NCBI GenBank assembly: GCA_030141605.1
Contig: JAQGDQ010000273.1
Location: 124,001 to 188,000, forward strand
Reading direction: 5' to 3'
DNA length: 64,000 nucleotides
From: Tubiluchus corallicola
Lineage: Eukaryota; Animalia; Priapulida
Below, piece by piece: positions 1 to 15,500 of this stretch (position 1 is the first letter of the stretch; every line of letters begins with the position of its first letter). The notes under the pieces were generated by a model. The model ran no database searches, was not told the DNA's origin, and saw only the letters and a list, made by a program, of their open reading frames with translations. Made by a program: the position numbers and the translations under genes.

Positions 1-424
1 CCAGCTGCTGCCACCTGTTGACTGGTTTAGTTGAGATTCCAAACAAAGTGCATAGTGATAATCCAAAATCAAAGATACGGAGTAAATAAAAAGATAAACA
101 CATGCCTTTGGAGCAAGCAAATTTTCACTCATATAATTAGTAGTTTTTCTTTCAAAAAACAAAAACAAAAAAAATCAGTGACATTAAAAAATAACAGCAT
201 GTGCAGTAAAAAGTTGGCTTGAAAAAACATAACACAAGCAATTCAAAAAACAAGTGAACGTGAAATTATAATTCAATAAATGTCACTTCATAAATAAATA
301 TGAAATTCAAACTCATAAATGCAAGTTTCTCATCCAAACCAATTCAAATTGGTAGCTGTTAGTAATATGCCCAATCTAAATGCTATAAGCTAGGAAAAGT
401 TGGGGAAAAAGGGGTCACACGTAC

Positions 425-534
425 GGTCGGGCGCCCAACCTGGCTTTCACCGATGCAGACGAAGCTGACAGTCGAACCGGCACTAACTGTGACTTCCTTT
501 GGTTCTTGTATGTAAACCCTAATGGGTTCCATGG
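425..534 (-). CDS. HSPG2: Perlecan exon, domain IV Ig repeat 2 (first half)
   Basis: [32 protein letters not shown](VGRPT); two in-frame donors possible (exon end 440 or 425). Confidence 0.8.
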
Positions 535-3500
535 CTAAAAAATGAAACCAGAGTTGATAAATAAAATATCACTACCAAAAATCAAAAAGTACATGTAGAA
601 GCTACTATTTTTGTGAGTATTCATGTTACAAAGACTAGACTTAAACCATTAGAATGTTTAAGTGTAACTAGTGTAGTTTAGTAGTCTGTACTACTCATAT
701 TCTTACCAGAGTTGGCCTGCAGTCTGACTGTACCAGTACTAGCACCATACTGGTTGCGGACGTTGCATACATATTGACCACTGTCTGATAATTGCAAATT
801 GTAGATGACTAACGAATGATCAGGCCCTAAAAGCAAATTCTAACATTAATGATTATCTACGTCATCTCGTTTAGAATTTCAGCGTGCAAAAGTATAGTGT
901 CTGACACAAAGAAAAACAATCTTTTCAAGTACAAAAAAATGTTATCAAAGGCAATAAGTGAACGAATACAGTGTGCGTTTGCTAACAAAAATTAAAAATG
1001 CAAAGCCCGATTAGCAAATAGATGGGTGACAGTTCTGGTCCTGCTACCACAATTTACATTAAGAATGCCTTGTCACTTAGTATCAGATTTTGTTACGCAG
1101 AACATACTTTTAGGAAAAACTTATATACACCCAAAACATCTGTTTTGGATAATGTGAACAACGTTTGTAAGTCATAAATTTATGAGAAAAAAGAAAGCAG
1201 TGGGAGAAAAACACAAACAGAGAGAGTGAGACAGAAGGAAAGAAGGGGAGAGAAAAATGCAGAGAAAAGGACAGAGGGAGAGAAAGAAAGAAGGAGAGCT
1301 GAAAAAGAGGTTAAATTATACCATGTGTCATTCTATCAGTTAGTTGACGACCATCAGTGCGTGTCCATTGAACAGCATACGGTTCTTGTGCTCTGATTGT
1401 GCAGCTAAAAGTTACAGTAGCACCAACATTTTCCCGAATTTCACGTGGGTAAACGACCACTTCGGGTTTTCCGGAGACAGAGGCTGAAGTGCACTTTTCA
1501 CCTAGCCTGGGGTTGCCCGAGTAACCAGGGGCACAACTGGAAATCAAACACAGCAAGTTACAGATTAGTAACTTAATAATTACAAAATGAGCTGTCAACA
1601 CTTTCTTCTTTTTCATGACAAATAGACATAAAAATGTACAACACTAAGCGACTAATTTATGAAATGAAGAGCAAAAGACTTGCCAACATGATTTCCTTAT
1701 TGTTCTATTAAGTTGTACAGAAATTTTGATATATTTTGCATGGCAATAATATGCTTTTAAAGACAAAATCAATATTTGAAATATTGACACAGTAGTCTGT
1801 TTAAATAAAAAGTTATCATTAGCAATTCAAACGAAAAATTTTGTCTAGTTACAAACATTAATAAATCTAGTAATTAATAAATAGCATGCAAATCTTCTAA
1901 TACATGACCATGATTATACATACGTGCCACAATCCCTGCCAGTATATCCTGTCTCACAGCCAATACAAGTTAACTGATTGTCACGATCCATATAGCAAGA
2001 TCTGGCCACACTAGAAAATGCAAAATACAACATAAAATTAAACTGTCAAAGATGCTCAGTACAAAACAAAAGCATGTGCAAACAATAACATTTTATGGCA
2101 GTTAAATAAAAAATATCTCTTATACAGTAAAAATCGAAAAATGTAAGGTATATTGATTGGAAATTGCAACCAGATATGTTCAGTAATTAATGCCTGGGCA
2201 CATGTACAGCTAAGAGCAACAAATCTCTTAATTATATAACATCATCTCATGTAACTACTAAATTTCCATAGAATAACTACAATATAGAATACGATTATGT
2301 AAAAGCAAACTTTTTTTATTTAACATATGCAAAATATAATCAAATACATTTAACATACACCTAGTTAACTCTAATTTCCCAATAAGTTATATCAGGTCTT
2401 AGATACTGACATAGGCATTGCTGCAAGTATGTTAAACCAACTAACGTTTGATCAGATCAGCACAAAACAGCTCACTGTCAAGTATAACTCTCTAAGATGA
2501 AACATTAAACTGCTAGAGTTGTCTTAGCCATGGTCAAAGTTGAGCAAAGTTGCACGATTATCAATTAGCCTTATAAATAGAAGGAAAAGCAAGAAAACTC
2601 ACTTGTTTGAGACTGACGGACAAGCGCACGGACGACAGTCATTTGGTGTTCCTGCAGTAGGGTCTCCATAGAAGCCTGATCGACATCTTTCACATCTATC
2701 ACCTTCAGTGTTGTGTTGGCATCGCTGCATACACAAACAAGTGATAATCAAAGTTATGAGACAAGTAGAAGCTTAAAGAACTATTCTTTGAAAATGCACT
2801 TTAGTGGTCTTTTAAGTTTAGTAGATTTGTCACTTCATTCAAACTCTTTACAAACATTTAAGTATTTGGGTTGTGATATTGTGACCAATAACAGTTTTGT
2901 TATTGATGTTTCGAGATTAGAAGGAAAATTTATTGGTTTGATGAATAATATTCTGTCAAGTATGGGCCACAGTCGTAATGACACAGTAGGTAAGACTTTG
3001 ATCAATACATACTGTCTATTGATGAAACAACGAATACAATCCTATCAGGGTAAAGTAAAACACTGCTTATAGAAAATATTCGGTTTTAGATAGAATGAAA
3101 GCGTCAAATTGCTAATGTACTTTTGTGGCACAATGCCTGGGAATTATTTAACACGTGGCTGTAAATTTATTTTTTTGAGAAAAATTGCAGTCTAGCACAT
3201 TGAAAATTCCAAAGCTAAGCTACTATGTAAATAACAGTCAAGTAAATTTAAGATTAAAATATTGTTGTGCTGCAGATCTAAACGAAAGTATAAAGTTAAA
3301 GGCAAAGAACTCATTTAAAGATTATGTTTTTAAGATACTTGACATAGATTCTTGCAACACAGTATATTGTAATACAATTACAGGAGTATTGAAATGAGTG
3401 TATATTACAAAGTTGAATTCCCGTAGATATGTCATTTTACTAACATCCTGTTATCTATTTTACTAACATTCTGTTGTGTTTGTAAACTGTATATGTTTAT

Positions 3501-6500
3501 GGGAAACTAATAATAACAATAATAAACTACAGTGATACTAGATTTTGTTTTTAAATCTATCAACCAAAAGTCTAGACGTAGAAAGGCCTTACTGCAAAAT
3601 TTGAGTGTAAATATAGCATGGTGGCTAAAAGTTTGCAGTATAAACTAATGAAAATGTTTCTTATAATGGTTATTATTTACCAGACAGGCTCCAGTGTCGG
3701 GATGGCATTCAGTGGCATGATTGTAACAACGGCAGGTAACACACTTGAAACCGGCTATACCAGAGTCGGGCGTCTTCACATAACCAGGTGCACATTTCTA
3801 CATATAAATAATTAAATATTGTTATAAATTTTAAGCACATCCTCATGTTCTCATAATAAAGAGCTGAGGCTACAATCCTAGTTGAAAATCTAGTCCCAAA
3901 TTATATTGTTGAAATACCCAATTAATTACTTTCCATTAATATTTACGAATACTAAAAAATGTATAGACCCGTAAATCAAGTCTTGACAAGTCTTTTGGGA
4001 ACAAAATTAATTAAAAATATCTTTCATACAAAAAAAATTGAAAACGTAAGGTTCACTGATTGGCAAATACAACCAGAGATGCACAGCAATTAATGCCTGG
4101 GCACTTGTGTACAACTAAGAGAAACAAATATCATACTAATATTACAATATATAACATAGCTCATGTAGCTACTAAATTTCCATTGAATAACTGCAATATA
4201 GAATATGATTATGTGAAAGCAACTTTTTTTATTTAACATATACAAAGTATAATCAAATAACCGTAACACATACCTAGTTAACTCTAATTTACCGATAATT
4301 TATATCAGGTCTTAGATATTGGCATAGTTTGGCAATTGCAAAACTTTATAAATGAAATGCGGCAAAAAAAATGCAAAACAGCCCAATACAATACACATAC
4401 TGTACAACACAACACAGCACAGCACAGCACAGCAGAATATAACACAACATACCACGACACAACACGACAAAGCATAATACAGCACACAACAACACAAGTA
4501 AACCAATATCAGGCATACCTGACAAGATAATCCACTGTAACCTGCTGGACACTCACACTGCTCAATATGGAATGCCAGAGCTTGACCTGTATTCGTAGGC
4601 ACGGCAGAACTAAGGGAAACATCTTGAAGAGCACAATTACGAGTATTAGCATAATAAGTAGCACGAATCAACATGTTTTTAACATTGGAAAGAACGCGCA
4701 TCATGTCGTTACGTGTAGCATCTCGTACACCGGGTGTACGATCATCCGACACCTGCCAACCAGTGCCCTAAAAAAATTAACAGAAAAAATGAAAGAGTAG
4801 TATAAAAGAAAAAACAGGTAACACAGTAATACGTAGCTAAAGATGTTGCATCTGTAGTTTTTACTTTCACTGCCCTACACTGAAATAATTATAAACGAAG
4901 TTAAGCAACTCACCAAGAATTCACTATCCAGCTTTAGTACATTTTAAAATTGCAAAGTTGTCCAAAACTAGAACTTCGCTGAACAAATATTCGTTTATAA
5001 ATTGTCCGGAGATCAAAAACTTTCAAAAAAATCACTCAAGTACGCTCAAGCAGTAAGAATTACAACTAAATATGAATATTGTTTACTAAAAGAAATGAAG
5101 AACATTTTATTTACATTTGCTGGTGCAGATACATTAGGTGCCATGGACACCTTTTCCTCCTCTACCTGATTGAAGCTTACCTCTCTTATAGGAACAGTAA
5201 CTGTCTCTATAGTGTCTGGGCGCGGCGGCTGGCGGCTGGACCTAAACAAAGATACTTTATCGCCCTGCAAACAAAAAAAACGTTTCATAGCTCTGCAATT
5301 GACTTAATTAGGCACTTTTATCATACTAGAAGATTGTAAAAACCATGCAACATCATAATCAATGATTAAGCTGCTCATTTAAGCGAGATTTTTATTGATG
5401 CAGCAGCTAAAAGGACTTCTCCAACTTATTTTTCACACAAACCATATTTATGGAAAATGTACATACAAATTTGTTAAAATAGAATGGAATAAAATATCAT
5501 AGACATTCTGACAAGCAACATGTTTATAGAGAAATGGCGACAAATGACGTTTCGTTACGTCGTACTTTATAATTTAACACGCAAAACTGATGCAAATTGG
5601 CCAACTAGAAAGAAGCACTACTTGCCTCGATTTTGACGTCCACGTCTCTAAACTGTTCTCCACGACCAGCAAGAGTGTAGTATATCACATAGCTTAGTTC
5701 ACCTCCATAAGATGTTACCTAAAGTACAAGTAATTACAATCAGCATAATGAATTAAGTTCAATTTGCACAACATTTGCAGTGCCAGCTTTTATAGTCATC
5801 TGCAATTGAGTCATTTTGAGTCCACCTTGCTAAAATATATTATCTGGACACAAAATCCAAGACTCTCTGCAGCAGTGTGCATCAAAAGTTTTAAAGTATG
5901 AGGCATGCTCAGGTAATAGCAGCTATACAGGACCAGGTATTTATAGTTTATCAGAGGTGCTAGCTTTTGGATACTGTACTTTTGATTCAAACAACTTTAG
6001 AGTTGGGTGAATAGACACCTGAAGATTTTACGACTTTAATTAATAAAAAACAGAAAACAAACTACATTTCTGATACTGTCATTACTAGTACTTTAACAAG
6101 GAAGCATGTTCCGAAAATGGACTTTGACATACACATAATTTTTAGTACAAGCACGTACCAAGTCACCACGGAACAATGGTGGCAACACCCAGAAGTACGA
6201 CTCTGATGGAAGTGCGTGGAAGCCCTGGAAGACTATTTCATTCACATCAGAATTTACAACAAACTCGTCATTTGTCACTAAGTTGCCTTGACGATCAGCT
6301 ATCGCAAAGTTGTGTCGATTTGGATCTCGAAGTCGAGCAGTAATCTGTAACACACAAAGCACTCACAATGGCACAGCGTTTAAATGAAATCAAAGCTTTT
6401 TTAAAAAAACCTTATTTTTGTTAAAATTAAAATATTAATTTTAATTTCTTTAACATTTTATTTTATATATTAAAAATTAAAAAATTAAAATTTAACTGTT

Positions 6501-9500
6501 GCTATTGCATTGTATAAATTATAAAAATTCCTTGAAGCAGATCATCATTAACGGGTTAACAGAAGAAATATAATAAGGTTACCTGACTGATGTAGTATCT
6601 ACTGCTGGTACACTGCTGAGCTACGCCAGAACAATAACACTGGGTGCAGCCTTCCTCATTGTCTGCCGACAGTCCGTAGTAGCCTGATTTGCACACATTA
6701 CAACTGTCACCTTCAACATTAGCCTTGATAAACAAAAAAGATATGAATGTGCAGCATGCCGAGCAAAACTATTCATAACATACTTATAATTAGATTCTTT
6801 GCTTCAAATTGCATGAACTCTTACCTTGCAGTTACAGAACCTCGTGTTGGCATCACAGTAACCAGAAACACCTCTTGGGTCACAGGGGCAGCCAGCTAAA
6901 AGCAAAAAATATGCCACTATAGAGTCAATATAAACAAAATAAATTATGTGAAGTAGATCGACATGAAACACGAGTAGCTAATGGACAGCTGTAGGTTGGT
7001 TTTGGTAGGCCATCAAGGCCATCATCATAATAAATAAGTTAAACAAATAGGTAAGTTGTTTGATCAATCCATGAATCAGATGGCAATAAACAAAATATTG
7101 TACTAAAAAGTATATTACAAATATTATACTAAAAACAATGCAGTAAAGCAACTCCAAAAAGTTTTTCACTTTTCAGAGCGACGTGATTTTTCAGATCTAA
7201 CGCAAATTTGAGTTTCAAATATTCAAATTTTGACTTCTGTCATTTCACATGAGCCAAAGCTTATAAAACGGTGATATTCTGAAACACTAAACAAAATAGT
7301 GATGTCAGTAAATCGTAATTTACAAAAACTCTTAATATAATTAATTTAAGTAAAATAGCATGTGCATAAAACATAAATGTGCTTTAAGTATTTTAAATTA
7401 AAATATACTTAAAAGTATTCTGTCTTTTTGGAAAGATATTTATCTAACTAATCTCTGGAATATTTATGGAATTTTCAAATACTGTTATGCTAAGTAATTA
7501 TGTATTTAAAAATATTGAACAAGTCGGTCTATCGCTTACCAAATCTTAACATGGCGGCATCACTTAAATAACCTCGTGCTGCATTGAAACAAAAAATTTC
7601 AATGCAATTATAAACAGTGATTTGTAAAATCAGAAAATTATTGTAAAATAACAATAAGCTTATTTGCAGCAAACTAACAAAGTCAAATCATATATCAGAC
7701 ACTACCGTTTTAAACATGGTAGAAGCAATTAACCTCCCAAAGCAACCACAGAAAAATGAAACACTTCTTGAGTTTATTGAACCAACAAGAATGACATTAT
7801 TCCCAGGCTTGAGAGCTCTACCTCTCAAGATTGTCTTATGAATATGATTTCTCAAAACTTGCTGGTGGGTCAGAAAAATGGTAAACCTCTACTGCACACA
7901 AACCTACAAGCACAGTAATATCAACATGCAAGCATGTCACTAAGCATAAAAGATGAGACAATACCCAATAAGAACTGCTTATTGCTGCTGCGATCAACTT
8001 TATAACAACTAACTAAATACACAGATGTCATAAAAAAATTATAAATTACATTCTGGTTTGCAGAAATCGCCTGGTTCCATCGGATTGCCTATGTAACCAA
8101 AAGTGCATGATTCACAGCGACGCCCTTGGTAGCCGTCTGGGCAAGCATCACATGTCGGATATCCATCAGAATCTTGATAGCAAGTGGGTGAAAATCTGTA
8201 CAGAAACAACCCAAATTACTGAATCACATATTTTAAGCCTACTTCATAGTTTATAAAGTTATACAAAAAAAATAATTAGTACCAACTTCAAGGTACATGC
8301 GTATAAGTTATAACATCAGGCACTGTTTATTACAAAAAATACGAACAAAAAACGAAAAATTAGACATGGAAAGCTCGCAGCAAATTTATCGACTTACTGG
8401 TTAGATGGATCAGTAAGTGGACATGGACAGGGTCTGCAATATCCCGAATCATCTTCATAATACCCAGGCTTACATTCGTCACAGTAGTCCCCTACAGTGT
8501 TATCTCTGCAATTCTGAGAAAAACAACAGCATTAGTTGTATGCATCGGCCTTTGCTTATTCACCAAACTTACAGACGCAAAAAATGTTAGCAATACGCGG
8601 TAGTGATAACAACGTTACTCACAGAGCAAACTCCTGTCTCCGGATCACAAGTGTTAGAATGTCCATTGCACTGACAGGGTTCACAACGACCAAGGTACAA
8701 AGCTGGTACACGTGTGTATCCAGTAGCACAATCCTGCAGAAAAAGAAGTTATTTATGCCAAAAAGCCACAAACTTACAAAAATTTAGTATTTCTGGTACT
8801 GGCTCACATTTGCACGAGTTCAGCAGTCTGATTTTCATATGTAGCCATCATTCTAAATCCTACTTTTCTTCACAATTCTTTCCACTGAAGTCGCTTTCTC
8901 TCCTTGCAAATGGCTAATTGAGAAGATGAGCTGATAACGCAACTAATAACAATACATAAAATACCTCACAAGAAAGCCCAATATATCCTGCAGGGCATAA
9001 GCACTCCTCTACTGCATAAGCCTGCTCCTGGCCCGTTTCCTCGTCTACAGCGATGTCCATGGACACCGATTTCAAACTGAAAAAATTTAAAATTTAATTT
9101 AAATATGTAGTAATAGTATTCCTTTGGATATATGAATTTATATGGTTAACAAACATTTATTTACTATTAAATTGAAGTGAACACGAAGTGTGTCTAGCAC
9201 CTGGAATTCGGACTTTCAGAAGGAGTAAAAGCAAGGTATTTTTGAAATATCTAGAGACCGGAACTGGAGTCAATCATTAATCCAAAAGATTCTACATCAC
9301 GTCAAAATGTATCAAATCAGTTTGAATTCAACTGGACCTGATAAATATAGATCAAACATTTTACTGCAACGTGCAATCACATGACAAGACATAGAGAGGC
9401 TGAGAGGCTATGCAGTGTTAAATACCTAATAAACTTAAACATACGAAATACAAAGTTTCTAAATTACACCCTACCTAGTCTCTTGCATTTGTGATGAGTA

Positions 9501-12500
9501 CGATGCTTTGACAAGAATGTATTTCAAATCAGCAAGAGCCATCATAAGATGTTCTCGAGTCGTAAACTGTCCATCAGGCCGTTTCCAAACATTCTATTTT
9601 CAAAAAAAAATCAGGAAACAATATAGGAAAGTTGTACCTATTGTGATATATGACAAAATACTGCAAACACGCCTATGCATATTCATAACTGTGCACCCTT
9701 TTTCCTCTATGCAAAACTTTTCGTTCAACTCCTAGTAATATTTGAATAATGAAACACCCAAATTTTAACCTGTATCAAAAAATTAGAAAGCAATTTTCAT
9801 TAGGATGGCAATGTAATATTAAGAAACAATTCCACAAACAGTTTTGATTACAGTTTAGCACTACAGAAGAATTGCAAACAAAGTTATAAAAAACAAAAAA
9901 CCATTCAATTACCTCATACATCGGTACTTGATATGCCTGTTCTGTGTCAGGTCTTGGTTTCTGTCCAGCATTGTGAAAGAGAAGGATGTCATTTCCCTAC
10001 ACAACAAACCAGCAGAAATGCTTAGAATATTTTCTATCAAGTTTATTATTCAAATTTTTCCATTATTGTTTCTCATCTACGTACAATAGTCTTGAAAATT
10101 AGATGCATTAACTTGCACAAAAATGTGCAAACAGTAGCTTCTAAAAAAAGTAGAAAGATCTAGTACACTTTGACAATAACACCGAAAGTTATCACTGAGA
10201 CCAAAGTGACGCCAATGTTACCATTGATGGAAAAAGTATTTTCTGTAGATTATAACAGGAAAAAGATACTCGAAGCAAACAGATGTAAAACTTACAAATA
10301 TTTCCACATCAGATGAAGTATCATTGTATATAGCAGCTGAACTACCCCTATAAGAAATGGTGTAACGAATGGTTCCACCATAAGCTGTCACCTAAAACAT
10401 AAAGTTCAACGTTGATCACAGCCATAATTATAGCATTGACGATAACTTTTATAGTGCATTTACACAGTACAATTTACAAAAAAAAACATTTAAAATATGT
10501 TTTGCAAAAATGACACCAAAAGAGTTAACATACACCTCTTAAATTGCTTTTTTCTCCCTAAGTAAATTTACTTCAACCTTAAGGAAACAAAATGATAAAG
10601 TAGTTATAAAGAACTAAAATTCTAACACAGTAATTAAAAACACTTTTAGACAAAATACTTTTTAAATTAACATATAAAAACAAAATATGTCAATTCCTGG
10701 TTTGCACAACTAGAGCAGTATTCTAAAGAAACGTGTTTCAATTGATTCTCAAATATTACTAGTGCAAGACATTTATAACTGAGGAATAAATATTTGGAAT
10801 TACCACATGACTTAGATAAAACTAATGTGTTATTAACAAAACAGTTGACAGTTCATTTAAATGACTTGTCTAATACAGTGGCCGCCGCTTATTGTGGACA
10901 CCTCGGGCCAGCAGTGTATGTCCATATTAAGCGGCTGTCCATATTAAGCGAAGTGACCCATGAAGACCCTTCCCCTTCATTAAAAAAGGCAAAAAACTGT
11001 CTGTATCAACTCGTCTCCTGTTTTATTGAAAAAAAGAAGTCAGACGAGTTTGTTTGGCAGGAAACTTTTCTCTCAACCTTGAACGGAAGGAAGTTATCAC
11101 AGTTTCGAAGCTCTCAAGGCCACGGAAAACGGCGAACTGACTGATGCAATGACTCACACAGGCAGCAGAGCGGGAAGCTCTTTTCAATCACGCGCGCAGG
11201 CCGTGGTTGGCACGGCTGGTCACGTGCCAAGAATGTTCGCTGTCCATATTAAGCGGCGGTTGTCCATATTAACCGGCGGATTTTATTAGGGGAAAATTCC
11301 GTCCCTCGCGAGTTGTCCACAATAACCGGCTGTCCACAATAACCGTGTCCATAATAAGCGGCGGCCACTGTACATCAGTCAATGATTGTTTCATTAGCAG
11401 CGCTGCTTAAAAATTAATTTTCTAACTTAATTAATACACTGACCTTGTCACCTAAAAATGCTTCAGGTAAAGACCAATAATAAACAGTGTCCCTGTCTAA
11501 GGCACGGAAATTGGCAAACTGCAATGATGCCTCGTTGGGGTTCGTCTGTATGCCACTAGTGACATCTTGCAGTCGTGACCGGTCAGTCAACTTGAAAGCT
11601 TCTGCACCCACCCTGAAATTTGCTGACACCTAAAGAAGAAAAACCTTGTACTGAGATTATTCTAGAAATAGTTACAAAATATCAGGTCACAAACTATATG
11701 CAGCTTTAAAGTGGCGATTAATAAAATAAGACGTGACTGGTATTAAAGCTTCCTGATGAGTTTAAAGTACACAAAAAGTTCACGCAGCGTCAATTCACAT
11801 CTTCAGAACAAAATGAAGAAATATGCCTAACAGAAGCAAACAAAAATTTTAGCTCTGCACATACATTTACAGATGCATACAGATTGTTTCAAATTTGAGA
11901 TTTTATAAAACACATTAACAAGCTAATTTAATACAAAAAATAAGAAAATGAATTTTCAACTACAACAAAAACAAACTTGACAAAATTGCATTTACCTGAT
12001 CACGGTTCCAGTCTGTACTACTGCACTGATCTGTAATGCCCATACAGAAACACCGCACACATCCGTACGGATTCTTTGCATGCAAGTGGTATGTACTTGC
12101 TGCACAACGATCACACCGAGGCCCGACAACATTCGGCTGTAAAAAATTGGATTTTTGACTTTGAATGCTCAATTAATACCAGAAAATAAAGTTGAAAACA
12201 TGCAGTAACTGTTAAACTTTCAATATGTACAGATTTACAAAAATAAAAATATGGATATTAAAATGTAGTAAAGTGGTTGAAGAATCACTACCCACTTATT
12301 TTAACGTTTATCACAGTGTGCGTTTGTTTTAAATACATTAAGCAACGTCATAACACATTACATTTCTCAGGAATGTAACTAAAAGAACAAATCAATGCAA
12401 TTTACAATAGCATGACAACAAAAGATTACATTGTAAGTGACATTCACATAAAAATGTCAGTATTTAAAACAACATTTAACTGTTTTCATAGAGCAATGAT

Positions 12501-15500
12501 ATTAAATGCACTTAATATTGTAGACCTTCATGTATGTGTGCTGCACAATGACATCTTGTACAGCAGATGTATTGCAATCATAACGAAAATGTGAAACTCG
12601 TGTTTTAATGTACTACGCTGTGTTCACATACCATAGCATCTGGACAACCAGATGTGGTAGCAATGTCAATGACAATTGCTCGAATGCAGAAAGGCAACCA
12701 GATGAAAACAGACGTGAATCAACAAATTTCTTTTTCAGTTGTCACGTTCTCGAAATGTTGCGCTAATATGATGGTAAAAAATTTAACCTGACGCACTTAA
12801 AACAGCCGCTGCCTAAGGAATGTGAACAGAGCTTTACAAAGCTTGCATACAATTACAACCACTAAACTCAAATTCGTTAGCTGAGGGTTAGAATAGTGAT
12901 CACAAAAATGCATCGAAGCTGTGTATGTCTGACCAGAAATGAAATCTTGATTAGTCAAACATCATGTTTCAGAGAACTGATGAAGAATACTTTTGGAAAA
13001 ATGTTATATAATCTAATAACTAAACTTTTATATTTCTTGAGACAAACAACAGAACCAATTGTCTTATATTACAATTGTACAATATTTTACTTTACAGCTA
13101 CCATTAACTGCCTATTCATAAAATGTCAAAGCATTTACAATAGACAGAATATCTGATTTTTTATACATCTATTATTTTTACAGCATTAGTTAAAATATAA
13201 GAAGACATCTTGAAATGTCTTTGCAATATTTAGGATATTAATGATTATCAATAAGCAATAACCGTAGTACATCTGCAAAAAGTAATTTAATATACAAGAA
13301 ACACAAGTTTTTGAAATTAAATGATAACAATAACTTAAGCATTGGCATTATGCATGGACGTCAACACCTCTCATTTACATTCAGGAATATTGCTGGTTAG
13401 CTGAGCAGTTACCTTGAAGCCTTTTGTTGCATAATTGTGGCTAGCAGCTATGTCATACTAATTTTAGTATCACATAGTAGCCATAAAATACCACAACTCA
13501 TGACTCACAACATTGTTCTTTGGGATGATAATGAAAAAATTCTACGAACTATAACTAAGCCACTGGATTTACTAAAAAATTTTATTTAGCAGCAAAAAAC
13601 TAGATTTGAAATAATTAAAATGTGACATTTAACATTTGAACTACAAGATGCAACATTGAAGTTTATCAGCTGTCAGAAGATATACATCTTATAAACTTTT
13701 TCTGGATGATAATAATATGAATCATATAATGTGACACCTGGTCCCATACAGATATATTATACAATAAGGAAAACAGACGATACTGGGGCTGGTATTTATA
13801 ATAAAAATATTCTGTTTAATTATAATGCGTAACTATATGTGCCATCTAGAAACATCAGACAATGACAATCAAGATTTCAAAGCAAATCACCACATTTATT
13901 TGTATATCCGAGCTAAGTGTTTATTATTTTTTTATGCTAACTTAAGCAGCGAAAATTAGTCATAGGAGGGCCAAGCTACAGTGATGCACAATGCACCAAA
14001 TTACTTGCGGCACCATATCAGCTTTATATTATTTTGTGCTATTACACGCCCACCTCTGCCCCATTACGAATTGTTAAGAAAGCATTAAGCTCAATCCACA
14101 ACACGCGTATAGTAGTAACACTCGGGCAAAATTCCACAGAAACGCTTTCCACACTTTGATGAACCTGCTACACTTTTTTAAAAAATTGTACTCAACTCTA
14201 CGTAAGCTCACAAATAAAGTTCACAGGAGCCATTTACTGGATGAAGAAGACGTTACTAACTTATCAAAATAATGTCGTTAACTTTTTTTGACTTCTAAAA
14301 TGTGACACTGAAAAAACATGATTTATATTAAAAACTAGGCCACAAATGTGATACAAAGTTTCATAAATATCTAGTAAGTCAGAACAATGGGTTTGAACTG
14401 CAATGTGAAGCGCACTTTTTTGAAAAGGTGACTGGCAAAGAGTAATCTTGCAGCATAGTATAGTCTGCATTAGATAACAGTGAGTGATAAAAACAAGAAA
14501 CTCAGGCACGGAAGGCAAGCTAGCAATTTAGGTTACTCACAAGCTTAGGGTGAAATATAAAAGACAAGAAAATTGTTTCTCGTAAACCAGCAGTCCAGCA
14601 GGACTATAGCTTCAATTCACAGTTACGAACCAAAACACTGAGTACTTATTAACTACTGATAACTGACGGCTGGAATTTCTAGCAGGTAGATCTAGCACAC
14701 TCAGTGTTGTCTCTGCAACCGAATAGCGATAAATTAAGCTATCTAAATTAGTTTTGGTCCTGAAGATAACAAGTTGGTAATTGATCATTAATTGATTAAT
14801 GATCATGAGTTGATCAATCATTTAAAAAAGAGAATGCTAGTATACAGCTTATGGAATGGTAGCAGTAAGTCTGAAAAACACACAGTATATTGGGAATACT
14901 TTTAGGTAGAGGGGAATGCTTTAACTCAATCATCACGTTCCATTACCATTACATTCAACTCTAGTTGCACAATATCCAATTTTCCACTACTACACACAAT
15001 TAAGGAAGTTACACCATTAATAAAGAAGTGTGCCTGTATTGGAATTGAATAATTAGCACATTTTTCAGTGCACTGCTAGTTACGAGACTTCACAGTTTGC
15101 TACCCACTAGTACCGCTGTCCTTGTGCAATGATATAAACTAGTATGAACCCGTGCATGCACCGCTGTGCGAAAAATGCTTACCCGATCCAGGTCTGCCAT
15201 CTTAGGTCCACATGTACAGTAGCAAAAGGCGACAAGTAATAGACTGATTAGTAGTGAAAAACAAGGATGAATCCGGCAGCCATGGTTATATGGAGCATCT
15301 TGTGGGGGTGGGGAATCCTGCGTCTGTGGTTAATACAGACCCGAGATGCAGCAATTTAACAGAAACAAACATGACCTGTTAGTAACGAACCATTAGACAA
15401 TAGCTGTAACACCCGAAGAGTATGCTAAAACTGTGAACATATATGAAAGTCGTTATAAGTGTGACTATGCTAGCAACGACATGGGAAGGAATGTTTCAGA

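Noticed and set aside
1-40. Start of the next Ig exon at the window edge
   Set aside because: Too little sequence; candidate acceptors do not give a recognisable Ig strand
4305-4552. Cys-rich small ORFs
   Set aside because: Translations of a pentanucleotide microsatellite
10794-11144. 116-aa plus-strand ORF as a nested gene
   Set aside because: Runs through a non-autonomous MITE; no recognisable motif
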